A stretch of 64,000 nt of DNA, from the NCBI GenBank assembly GCA_963758525.1, contig CAVWVQ010000003.1:4800001-4864000 (forward strand). Direction: 5' to 3'. Origin of the DNA: an uncultured Phycisphaerales bacterium (lineage in GTDB: Bacteria; Planctomycetota; Phycisphaerae; Tepidisphaerales; Tepidisphaeraceae). This document shows positions 29,407 through 38,418 of this stretch, piece by piece (positions within the stretch are counted from its first letter, which is position 1; each line of letters opens with the position of its first letter). Under the pieces are notes generated by a model. It was not told the origin of the DNA and made no database searches. It worked only from the letters and a program-made list of their open reading frames with translations. A program made the translations under genes and the position numbers.

Positions 29407-29590
29407 TTCCGTTCGGAGCTAAACCATGCGAAGCCCAATAGTTAAAATGGAAGTCGCGAGATTTTCCGTTCTCTTCCGTACTTCCGTTTCGAACAAAGAT
29501 CGAAACAAACGGAAGTAAACGGAAAAGTCAGGCACTTCCGTTTTAAGTGCTTTATTTCAAGATTGTTGCGATTAAACGGAACTTCGGAAG
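29407..29590. repeat. AT-rich cluster of TTCCGT/ACGGAA hexamers, putative replication origin
   Basis: TTCCGT at 29407, 29464, 29474, 29482, 29536; ACGGAA at 29509, 29519, 29576. Confidence 0.65.
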
Positions 29591-29688
29591 CACGAATGCT
29601 GAAGTGTGCAAGGGGATCGCAGCAGCGCGACCCACGGTTTCGTGTCACGGTGCCGGCGAATCACTGGCGGGGGGGCGTTGGGAACTGG

Positions 29689-29910
29689 ATGCCGCACGAT
29701 GAAAAAGAGCTGGACCGCTTCATCGACACCGCAAAGCATCTGGCCTATGCGACCATCGCAAACTCGATCAACATGAAACGGGCCCTCAGATCTCAGGTGG
29801 AACAAAAACTGAATGCTCTGATCAAGCAGGTGGCGGCCTTGAAGGAACAGCTTGATTGCATGGAAAGAAAAATGAATGCATCAGATCCGGTCACTTCGAG
29901 CCCGCCGTAG
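29689..29910 (+). CDS. Small coiled-coil hypothetical protein
   Basis: Heptad-like VEQKLNALIKQVAALKEQLD. Confidence 0.4.
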   Translation: MPHDEKELDRFIDTAKHLAYATIANSINMKRALRSQVEQKLNALIKQVAALKEQLDCMERKMNASDPVTSSPP

Positions 29911-30089
29911 ATTTTTCACCTGTTTCTCTGCCTATTTGTTGCCGGCATCCTTTTCCCGCTGCCAACCGATTTTCACCGGCGGAAGCCAAACTCTTGGACG
30001 GGTGCGATCTTCAGCGACACGGGCGCCGGCCACAGGGTCACCAGTGAAGGTGTCGTGCCAAATGTGCCAGCGCGACCTGGCCGGTCTTT

Positions 30090-30428
30090 TCACAGTTCCT
30101 GGATGCTTACGCGCAGCGTCTTTCCGCTCGCATCACGAAGTGCGGCGCCGACACGATCTATCAGCACGGCGTCAGAGAGCCCCTCAATGACAGTCTTCGG
30201 GTTATTCTTGCCCTCCATCACCCGCACAATCGCCCTGGTCGTCGATTGGCGGAGGATATCCTCGCGCATCCGCTCTTTAGGTGGTTTTCCTCCGAAGTGC
30301 TCGGTGTATTCCTCTACCGACACGAGGCTGATTTGCTTCGCCTGCGCCCGTGTTGGGAAATAGCCCATTTCATTTGCTTCGCTGATCACCCAGTCATGGA
30401 TACTGCTTCCCATCTGCTGCTCCTTCAT
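30090..30428 (-). CDS. Hypothetical protein
   Basis: Protein-like composition; GGGA before the start. Confidence 0.45.
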   Translation of the reverse strand: MKEQQMGSSIHDWVISEANEMGYFPTRAQAKQISLVSVEEYTEHFGGKPPKERMREDILRQSTTRAIVRVMEGKNNPKTVIEGLSDAVLIDRVGAALRDASGKTLRVSIQEL

Positions 30429-30558
30429 GACGTCCCTGCGGTATTTTAGGCATAAGCGCGGGCGCAACTCAGGGATTGGAGGTCTGGTATCAGTGGCGGT
30501 TTTTCATATTCTTTTATACCGTTGCATCCGCGAATGAGGGCAGGGATCTGGTGCCAGA

Positions 30559-31455
30559 TTGGATGCGATGGGCTCAACACCGAAATACACCAGCATGGGG
30601 GTTGGCGTTGATCAGTCCGCCGACAGAGAGAGGGCGGTTCGCTGGTTTCGAGAGCTGGCGGCGCAGTTCGACAAATGCCTGGAATTTGCGAGGCAAGAAT
30701 TTGGCAACATCCAGTTTCTTGTTGACCGCAGCACGACCGCGGATGATTTGCAGACGTTTCTGAAACCGGAAGTGCTCAGCGGTTTCGCAGGACAGTCAGA
30801 ATCATATTCCGACCTCTTCGCCGGACTTGCCCCCGGCCAGCCTCTTACGGAGCGAATTCTCGCTCAACTCTGCGGCTTCTATCTGATTCCCGCCGCCGCC
30901 TACCACGTGATCGACGCAGTTCATGCTCGGTTGCTCACGGAGCCCCTGGCGCTCTGCCGCCCGCTGGAGCTACCGGGTTCCGGGCCTGCCCTGGATGACT
31001 CGGCGCGACTCCGGGCGTTCTGGCATTCATTTGTCCTGCCGCAGCTGAAGGCTACCGATTCCGCCTGCTTCCATCTGGACCCGAATGATCCGTGGGCCGC
31101 TGCGTCGGAAAATGCCGCCGCATTTAGGCTGTTTGCAGAGTTGATCGAAGGTGCGGAGGGTCCGGCTCAGGATGAGTCCCCGTCCACGACCAACACAACA
31201 CATGAAGTACCTAGCCCGAACACAGGAATCAGTTCAACGCTCACTCAATCGGCCAAGCCTGACTTGATCGAGAGCGACGAGAGGGTCGCGGCGTACATCC
31301 GTGAGCATCCCGGCTGTCTAGGTAAAGAAATAGCCATCGCAGCCGGGATAAGTTTCGAACACTTCCGCAGGAGCATGGTTCCAAAGCTGAAAAAGCTCGG
31401 CTTTTTCAATAAGAAACCGGGATACTTTCCGCCGCCTGCCGACGCGCAATCCTGA
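30559..31455 (+). CDS. Putative regulator with C-terminal winged HTH
   Basis: VAAYIREHPGCLGKEIAIAAGISFEHFRRSMVPKLKKLGFFNKKPGY. Confidence 0.6.
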   Translation: MDAMGSTPKYTSMGVGVDQSADRERAVRWFRELAAQFDKCLEFARQEFGNIQFLVDRSTTADDLQTFLKPEVLSGFAGQSESYSDLFAGLAPGQPLTERILAQLCGFYLIPAAAYHVIDAVHARLLTEPLALCRPLELPGSGPALDDSARLRAFWHSFVLPQLKATDSACFHLDPNDPWAAASENAAAFRLFAELIEGAEGPAQDESPSTTNTTHEVPSPNTGISSTLTQSAKPDLIESDERVAAYIREHPGCLGKEIAIAAGISFEHFRRSMVPKLKKLGFFNKKPGYFPPPADAQS

Positions 31456-31460
31456 ATGTA

Positions 31461-31501
31461 GCGCTGCATGCGCGCTACAACGGCGCTGCACTTGCGCTGC
31501 A
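31461..31501 (+). promoter_or_regulatory. Four 11-bp-phased GCGCTRCA direct repeats upstream of alpA/xis
   Basis: Copies start at 31461, 31472, 31483 and 31494. Confidence 0.7.
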
Positions 31502-31649
31502 TACATTTCCCTTCGCCTACCCAAAACTCCGGGCATGGATATATCACCCTGGTGCGTGATCGTGCCGCGTGCTGCTGAGCTTCGCCAGCAGTTCGCGGGA
31601 ATTCCTGCGCGAAGCAAACGCCTTGGTGCATCTGCCGGAGGAGGTGCCT

Positions 31650-31931
31650 ATGCGATCCGTTAGATCGCCGCTCCATTCCCGGAGGCAACTAAACGTTGAG
31701 CCCGGCGTTCATCCTGATGCGCCGCGGCTCGCGTTGCGACCAAGAGATGCCGCCTCTGCCTTGGGGATCTCGCCGCGCCTGCTCTGGAGCTGGACTCACG
31801 ATGGCGACATCCCGTGCATCCGTCGCGGGCGAACCATTCTGTATTCCGTGGATGCATTGCGCGCCTACCTCAATCAGCAAGAGTCGAAACCACAAACGCA
31901 GAAGGAGAATCAAAATGAAAGAGAAGACTAA
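31650..31931 (+). CDS. AlpA/excisionase-like HTH_17 protein
   Basis: LALRPRDAASALGISPRLLWSW..IPCIRRGRTILYSVDALRAYL; GGAGG RBS. Confidence 0.88.
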   Translation: MRSVRSPLHSRRQLNVEPGVHPDAPRLALRPRDAASALGISPRLLWSWTHDGDIPCIRRGRTILYSVDALRAYLNQQESKPQTQKENQNERED

Positions 31932-33234
31932 AAAAAAGGCCGCCGGGGCAAACGGCGGCCAGGGAAAACATCAACCGAACAAATCATATGCTGGGAGCAA
32001 CCCGGAGACAATCCCCGACGCGATCGCAAAATACGCCGCCGCCCGGTTGTCCGTGGTGCCGATCGACAGTTCGACGAAACGCCCGAAGATGTCGTTGCTG
32101 CCACGGGACAAGGACGATAAGCCGACATGGAGACCCTTCAGTAACGAGATTGCTGGACCGGAGTGGCTCAAGCGCTGGGCTGAAAGCGGCGTCGACGCTA
32201 TTGCAGTCGTCGGCGGTCAAGTTTCGGGGGGGCTGTGCATCCTAGACTTCGACGTCCCGCGCTTTTATGAAGCGTGGAAAAAAGCAGTCGGTGAGATGGC
32301 GAAGGGCTTACCGACTCAGCGCACAGGCGGCGGCGGTTATCAGGTGTTCTACCGCTGCCCAAATGCTTGCGGCAACGAGAAGCTCGCATGGGCTCCCGAT
32401 GACACTGAGGAAAGTGGTCGGACCATCGCTATCGAAACGCGCGGCGAGGGCGGATACGCCGTTGTGCCGCCGTCGTTGCATCCTAGTGGCAATTATTACG
32501 AGATCATTTCTGGCAATCTGACCAATGTCCCGACCATTACGCAGGATCGAGCGGATGCGCTGATTAAGGCTGCTCGTGATCTCGACGAGATGCCACATAC
32601 GGCGCAGCAACTTAAAAAAATCGCAACTCAGGCGCGCAATGAGCACAAGAAGAGTCGTAGTCACGAAAAAGGGACGGGGGTCATCGACAAATACGACGAC
32701 GCCCATACCGTCGACGAGTTGCTGACGAAGCACGACTACACGCTCGGGTCGAGCGGCCGCTATATCCGACCCGGCGGAAACAGCGAATCTGTCTGGCTGG
32801 TTGACGGATGGTCGTGCCATTTTTCGACAAACGACCCCCTGAACGACGGCAAATTTGGTGCAGGGAAGTGTGGCGTTCACAGTCCGTTCGGCCTCTACTG
32901 TGAACTCGACCATGCCGGCGACGTCAATGCGGCGGTAAAAGCCGCAGCGAAGGAGCTGGGAATCGCGCACAAACCTGGCAAGCATCCAAATGATGAAGTG
33001 CATCTCGATGTCGGCGACCCTACGAATCCGATCCGTCTGGTTCTGCAGTTCGACGTGTGTCGCGGCGACAACGGTTCTGTGCGGGGGCGCGTCACCGTCA
33101 AACGTGACGGTCAGCTGCTGCACGAGGACCATCTCGATTTGAGCTCGGCGCAACGCCGCGCGCAATTTAGCAAGGCGGTGGCGGCGAAATGCGAAAACAC
33201 CGAAGGCGAGGAGGGCAATACAGATGGAAAATAA
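31915..33234 (+). CDS. Bifunctional primase-polymerase (Prim-Pol/AEP)
   Basis: SGGLCILDFD, TQRTGGGGYQVFY, IETRGEGGYAVVPPSLHPSG; AAGGAG RBS. Confidence 0.9.
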   Translation: MKEKTKKKAAGANGGQGKHQPNKSYAGSNPETIPDAIAKYAAARLSVVPIDSSTKRPKMSLLPRDKDDKPTWRPFSNEIAGPEWLKRWAESGVDAIAVVGGQVSGGLCILDFDVPRFYEAWKKAVGEMAKGLPTQRTGGGGYQVFYRCPNACGNEKLAWAPDDTEESGRTIAIETRGEGGYAVVPPSLHPSGNYYEIISGNLTNVPTITQDRADALIKAARDLDEMPHTAQQLKKIATQARNEHKKSRSHEKGTGVIDKYDDAHTVDELLTKHDYTLGSSGRYIRPGGNSESVWLVDGWSCHFSTNDPLNDGKFGAGKCGVHSPFGLYCELDHAGDVNAAVKAAAKELGIAHKPGKHPNDEVHLDVGDPTNPIRLVLQFDVCRGDNGSVRGRVTVKRDGQLLHEDHLDLSSAQRRAQFSKAVAAKCENTEGEEGNTDGK

Positions 33235-34549
33235 CGAAGCCATACGCAAGGCCGTGGATCAGGCGTTGCTCTCCAAGGTGCAGAAGGTTCGTGAGAAATC
33301 GACCGAAGAGCCAGAAAATGCCGCCGAGGGGAACCACCAGGCCCTGCTCGACGAAATGCCGGAGGAAGTTCGCCGCGAAGCCGAAGAGATGCTCGACGCC
33401 CCAGACCTGCTGATGCGCATCGTCGATGACATCGCGCGGCTGCGCGTCGCTGGCGAGAAAACGGTCGCGATGACGCTGTATCTGATTGGTGTTTCGCGAC
33501 TTTTGTCCAAACCGCTCAACGGTCGCATTCATGGGCATACTTCGACTGGCAAGTCATTTCTGTCGGAGCAGGTGTCGCGTCTGTTTCCTCCCGAGGCGAT
33601 CATCCTCGCCAACCGAATTACGCCACAGGCGCTCTACCACATGCGGCCGGGCAGCTTGAAGCACCGTTGGGTCGTGTGCGGCGAGCGGTCGAGACTGGAG
33701 AACGACGAGACTGCTGAAGCGACGCGTGCACTCAGGGAGATGCAATCGAGCGGCAAGCTGTCGCTGCTGATCACCGTGAAAATAGGCGATCATCTGGAAA
33801 CGGTTTTGATCGAACAGGAGGGCCCGATCGCGTACACCGAGTCGACGACTTTGTCGCGCGTCTTTGGCGAGGACGAGAATCGCAGCTTGAATCTCGCCTC
33901 CGATGAGCGGCCGGAGCAGACGCGCCGAATCGTCATGGCGGCAACAAGATCCTTGATGGACACGAGTGACGTGGACGCGATTGTCCTGCGGCACCACGCA
34001 ATACAGAGACTACTTGCAATAGCCGCACGCCGAATCGTGATCCCCTATGCTGAAGCACTGGGTCAACAGTTTCCAACTCAGCGCCCCGAATCTCGCCGTG
34101 CGATTACCCACGTAACATCCATGATCCAGGCCGTCACCTTGCTCCATCATCGCCAGCGCGAAACGGACGAAGACGGAGCATTCGTGGCCACGGCGGAGGA
34201 CTATCGGATCGCCCGCTTCCTGCTTAATGGCCCGATGACGCGCGCGATTGGCGGAGCCGTCAGCGACAGTGCACAGCGTCTTATGCAGCGGTTGCGGCAC
34301 AGGACGCCCACGAAAGACTTCACAACCTCGGAGGTTTATGCGAAGGAGAGATTCTCCGATCACGCTATCCGGGGATGGCTTTCCGAGCTGGCACATGCGG
34401 GCTTACTTCGGATCGTCGAAGAGGGCGGCAAGGGAAAAAGCTATAAGTACCAGATCGCCTCTGTTGGCCCATCGGAGACACACGATGGGAAGACGCTAGA
34501 GTCGCAACCGTCACTTTTGCCTGCGGTGGAGGACATCGCCTGTCACTGA
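33224..34549 (+). CDS. Primase-associated P-loop helicase-like ATPase with C-terminal wHTH
   Basis: GHTSTGKS (Walker A), ITPQALY, EGPIAYTESTT, EDENR; overlaps the Prim-Pol stop. Confidence 0.8.
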   Translation: MENNEAIRKAVDQALLSKVQKVREKSTEEPENAAEGNHQALLDEMPEEVRREAEEMLDAPDLLMRIVDDIARLRVAGEKTVAMTLYLIGVSRLLSKPLNGRIHGHTSTGKSFLSEQVSRLFPPEAIILANRITPQALYHMRPGSLKHRWVVCGERSRLENDETAEATRALREMQSSGKLSLLITVKIGDHLETVLIEQEGPIAYTESTTLSRVFGEDENRSLNLASDERPEQTRRIVMAATRSLMDTSDVDAIVLRHHAIQRLLAIAARRIVIPYAEALGQQFPTQRPESRRAITHVTSMIQAVTLLHHRQRETDEDGAFVATAEDYRIARFLLNGPMTRAIGGAVSDSAQRLMQRLRHRTPTKDFTTSEVYAKERFSDHAIRGWLSELAHAGLLRIVEEGGKGKSYKYQIASVGPSETHDGKTLESQPSLLPAVEDIACH

Positions 34550-34638
34550 GTCTCCGGGGGCGAAAGTTCCACGCGGAATGTATCAGGAAGTTGCGATCCG
34601 ACTGAACTGCGCGGCCAGAAAATATCGAGGTACAATTA

Positions 34639-34893
34639 ATGTTGACCGACAACGACCTTCTCAAAATTTTCGACGACGACCGCAAGCCCGGTGAAGCCTG
34701 GCGTGTGCCAGAGAAATCCGCCACGAATAAGAAAAAGAAAAAAGTGGTTGAGGAGCCCAACGCCGATGACGCCAAGACGACGGCGTGCAAGAAGGATGAT
34801 TGTGATGACGCCGAGGGCAGCCCGCCTGCGCGTACCACGAGCGTGACGAAACCCACTCGACGGCCGCGGAAGCCGACGCCGGACTATCTGTGA
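34639..34893 (+). CDS. Small charged hypothetical protein
   Basis: GAGG RBS; sits between the helicase and integrase genes. Confidence 0.45.
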   Translation: MLTDNDLLKIFDDDRKPGEAWRVPEKSATNKKKKKVVEEPNADDAKTTACKKDDCDDAEGSPPARTTSVTKPTRRPRKPTPDYL

Positions 34894-35035
34894 CGGCGCT
34901 GTCTGGACGAGATCATGATGGTACGCGGACACTCGAACAAGTTCAGTAGACCGCCGTGCGGCTGGGCTGGACGACTTGAAGAACAGAACGGCGGCTCTCA
35001 GGAGTGCGTCGTATAATCAACGAAGAAAGGTAAAG

Positions 35036-36352
35036 ATGGCAAGCATTGGTTGTGACAAGAACGCGCATAAGAGAATTCTGTTTGTCGCCGATGACGGGAC
35101 GCGGAAGACGATCCGGCTGGGCCGGGCGTCGATACCGCAAGCTGAAACCGCAAAGCAGCATATCGAGGAACTGATCTCCGCTGTGAAGTTTCAGCGCTCC
35201 CCCGAAGACCTGACAACGAAGTGGGTCGCAAAGCTAAACGACGTTTTGCACGCCCGGATAGCAGCCGTCGGTCTGGTGAAGGCACGCAACGCGATTGCGA
35301 CTCCTCATGCGCTGGGCGGATTCTTTGACCGATACATCGCGGATCGCACAGACTCCAAGCCGCGCACGATCATCAATTTGAAACAAGCACGCGACGACCT
35401 GGTGAACTTCTTCGGAGAATCAAAGGACCTGCGCGACGTGACCGAGGGTGATGCCGAGCAGTTCTGGCGCTGGATGCGGCGGGCCGAGGCGGACGGCGGC
35501 AGGGGATTGGGCATAAATACCGCCCGGCGGATCATCGGCAGAGCAAAACAGCTATTCCGGTTCGCCATCAAAAAGCGGCTGTTCACCGCCAACCCGTTCG
35601 AAGGGATGGAGTGCCACGTCAGGGGCAACGCGGATCGTGCGTTCTATATCACCCGGGAAACGGCGGATAAGGTGCTCGCAGAGTGCCCCGATGCCGAATG
35701 GCGTCTGATCTTCGCCCTGAGCCGCTACGGTGGCTTGCGGTGCCCGTCTGAGCATCTGGCGCTACGCTGGGGTGACGTAGATTGGGGTGGTAACCGCATG
35801 ACGGTGCATTCCCCGAAGACGGAGCATATCGAAGGAAAGGAAACCCGGATCGTGCCCCTGTTCCCGGAACTGCGGAAGTACCTCTATGAAGCTTATGGAC
35901 TGGCGCCCGAGGGAGCGCTGTACGTCATCAACAGCTACCGCGATGGGAACAAAAACTTCCGCACGCGCTTCGAGCGTATCATCAGGCGAGCCGGACTCAC
36001 ACCCTGGCCGAAACTCTTCCACAATTTGAGGGCGACTCGGCAGACGGAACTGGAGGAAATCTTCCCGAGTCACGTCGTCTGCCAGTGGATTGGAAACAGT
36101 GAAGACGTTGCCCGGAAGCACTACCTGCAGGTGACCGACACGCATTTTGCGAGGGCAATCGCGGAGCCGGCGGGAAGCGCGGCACAGAATGCGGCACAGC
36201 AGGCAGTCGCAACGGGCGGCAATGTGCCGCATTGTGTGCCGCCTGTCGTGGGTGCTGTCGCAAATACAGCGGATCACGGGGTTTGCGGAGACGATCTATA
36301 CCCCCAAGGGGAGTCGAACCCCTGTATGCAGACTGAGAATCTGCTGTCCTAG
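35036..36352 (+). CDS. Tyrosine integrase
   Basis: RYGGLRCPSE, SPKTE, FHNLRATR, WIGNS..ARKHYLQ; the ORF ends inside the tRNA on its antisense strand. Confidence 0.93.
   Translation: MASIGCDKNAHKRILFVADDGTRKTIRLGRASIPQAETAKQHIEELISAVKFQRSPEDLTTKWVAKLNDVLHARIAAVGLVKARNAIATPHALGGFFDRYIADRTDSKPRTIINLKQARDDLVNFFGESKDLRDVTEGDAEQFWRWMRRAEADGGRGLGINTARRIIGRAKQLFRFAIKKRLFTANPFEGMECHVRGNADRAFYITRETADKVLAECPDAEWRLIFALSRYGGLRCPSEHLALRWGDVDWGGNRMTVHSPKTEHIEGKETRIVPLFPELRKYLYEAYGLAPEGALYVINSYRDGNKNFRTRFERIIRRAGLTPWPKLFHNLRATRQTELEEIFPSHVVCQWIGNSEDVARKHYLQVTDTHFARAIAEPAGSAAQNAAQQAVATGGNVPHCVPPVVGAVANTADHGVCGDDLYPQGESNPCMQTENLLS
36179..36242. repeat. Putative integrase arm-type binding sites
   Basis: GCGGCACAG at 36179 and 36191; inverted TGTGCCGC at 36223 and 36235; 12-bp spacing in each pair. 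Confidence 0.65.
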
Positions 36353-36371
36353 GCCACTAGACGATGGGGGC
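36299..36371 (-). tRNA. tRNA-Glu (anticodon CTC), CCA not encoded; integration target
   Basis: GCCCCCATCGTCTAGTGGCCTAGGACA GCAGA TTCTCAG TCTGC ATAC AGGGG TTCGACT CCCCT TGGGGGTA folds as a cloverleaf. Confidence 0.96.
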
Positions 36372-36476
36372 GTCAGCAGGCGGGGTAATTATCGGGGGGA
36401 GCAGCGGGGGCGTCAAGAAGGGCCGGGCGAAAGTCCGAAGCAGGGCGTGGCGTTCGAAAGTGGCGATCGGCTTCGG

Positions 36477-36544
36477 GTAGGGCGGGATTCATCCCGCCGA
36501 TTTGTTGGCCGGCCCAGGAAACGGCGGGATGAATCCCGCCCTAC
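36477..36544. repeat. GTAG-type REP doublet (REPIN-like)
   Basis: GTAGGGCGGGATTCATCCCGCC...GGCGGGATGAATCCCGCCCTAC; second copy at 59984. Confidence 0.85.
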
Positions 36545-36599
36545 GATCGCAAAACCGCAATCGCTGGACTAAAAGTTACCGCCGCGAATGACGATCAGC

Positions 36600-37265
<666 letters not shown>

Positions 37266-37303
37266 TCTCGCCTCCAGCTCGGGGCATTATACTCCGCGCG
37301 ATC

Positions 37304-38089
37304 ATGCTCATCCTGCTGACCAACGACGATGGAATTCACGCTCCCGGACTTCTGGCGATGTATCGCGAACTGACGCGGCTGGGGGAGGTGCACGTGGTGG
37401 CGCCCGAAACGGTGCAAAGCGCCACCGGGCATGGGATCACGCTCAGCGTGCCGCTGCTGACGACGCGGGTGCGGGTGGCCGACGAGTTCACCGGCACGGC
37501 GGTGGGGGGCCGGCCGGCGGATTGCGTGAAGCTGGCGGTGGCGAAGCTGCTGCCGCGAGCGCCGGATCTGGTGGTCAGCGGAATCAACAGCGGAGCGAAC
37601 GTGGGGATCAATGTCATCTACAGCGGAACGGTGGCGGCCGCGATCGAAGCGGCGTTTCTGGGGCTGCCGAGCATCGCGCTGTCGCTGTATCTGCGATCGG
37701 AGATACCGATCGACTACGCGCGAACGGCGATGCTTTCCCGGCAAATCGTCGAACAATCACTGGCGGCGGGTCTGCGCGGGGGGCAGTGCGTGACGGTGAA
37801 TCTGCCGCCATTGCGGCCGGGGGAAATGCCGACGGGCGTGCGCGTTGTCAGGCAATGCGTGCGCGGATGGGTCGATACGTATGACCAGCGGTCGGATCCC
37901 CGCGGCCGGGCCTACTTCTGGAACAGCAGTGTGTTTACGCTCGGTGAGACGGAAGCGGATACGGATGTTGCTGCGCTGCGCGATGGGTACGTGACGATTA
38001 CGCCGTTGCAGTTTGACCTGACGCAGTATGCGATGCTGCGGGAGTGGAAGGAACGGGAGTGGGCGGTAACGGAAGAAGGCACGAAGTGA
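37304..38089 (+). CDS. surE: 5'/3'-nucleotidase SurE
   Basis: ILLTNDDG, SGINSGAN, YSGTVAAA. Confidence 0.96.
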   Translation: MLILLTNDDGIHAPGLLAMYRELTRLGEVHVVAPETVQSATGHGITLSVPLLTTRVRVADEFTGTAVGGRPADCVKLAVAKLLPRAPDLVVSGINSGANVGINVIYSGTVAAAIEAAFLGLPSIALSLYLRSEIPIDYARTAMLSRQIVEQSLAAGLRGGQCVTVNLPPLRPGEMPTGVRVVRQCVRGWVDTYDQRSDPRGRAYFWNSSVFTLGETEADTDVAALRDGYVTITPLQFDLTQYAMLREWKEREWAVTEEGTK

Positions 38090-38146
38090 GGGAAGGGGAG
38101 CGGCAGAGTTGTCACTTCATATCAAGCGGATTTGGGGGAGGGAGGG

Positions 38147-38186
38147 AATTGCAAAATGATCATTGCAAAATGAAAATTGCAAATTG
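38147..38186 (+). repeat. Intergenic ATTGCAAA(ATGA) tandem repeat
   Basis: AATTGCAAAATGATCATTGCAAAATGAAAATTGCAAATTG. Confidence 0.55.
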
Positions 38187-38418
38187 GGGAGAGGCTCGCG
38201 CGGGATGTGACGCGCCTTTGCTGAACCGCGCGCGGCTCCTTCGTGAGCGGCGGAAGCGGCTGCGCCATGATGGTAGGCAATCCTACAGCACAGCCCTTGG
38301 GGGCCGCGTCTCGAGGGTGTGATTCCACAGCCACAGCCGGGTGTGCCACGAAGAATCACGCGTTGCTGGCTTGGGATTTATTTTTGCACGTTAGCCGCGC
38401 AGGCTCCCAGAGGCGCTG

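Larger units (their letters stand above)
1..36298. mobile_element. Integrative element (phage-satellite/IME-like genomic island) inserted at the 3' end of tRNA-Glu; left boundary outside the window
   Basis: Tyrosine integrase abuts and overlaps the tRNA 3' end. AlpA, Prim-Pol and helicase genes lie upstream, then accessory and defence cargo. Housekeeping genes resume right after the tRNA. No second att copy was seen, so whether the BREX locus lies inside the element is inferred. Confidence 0.8.
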
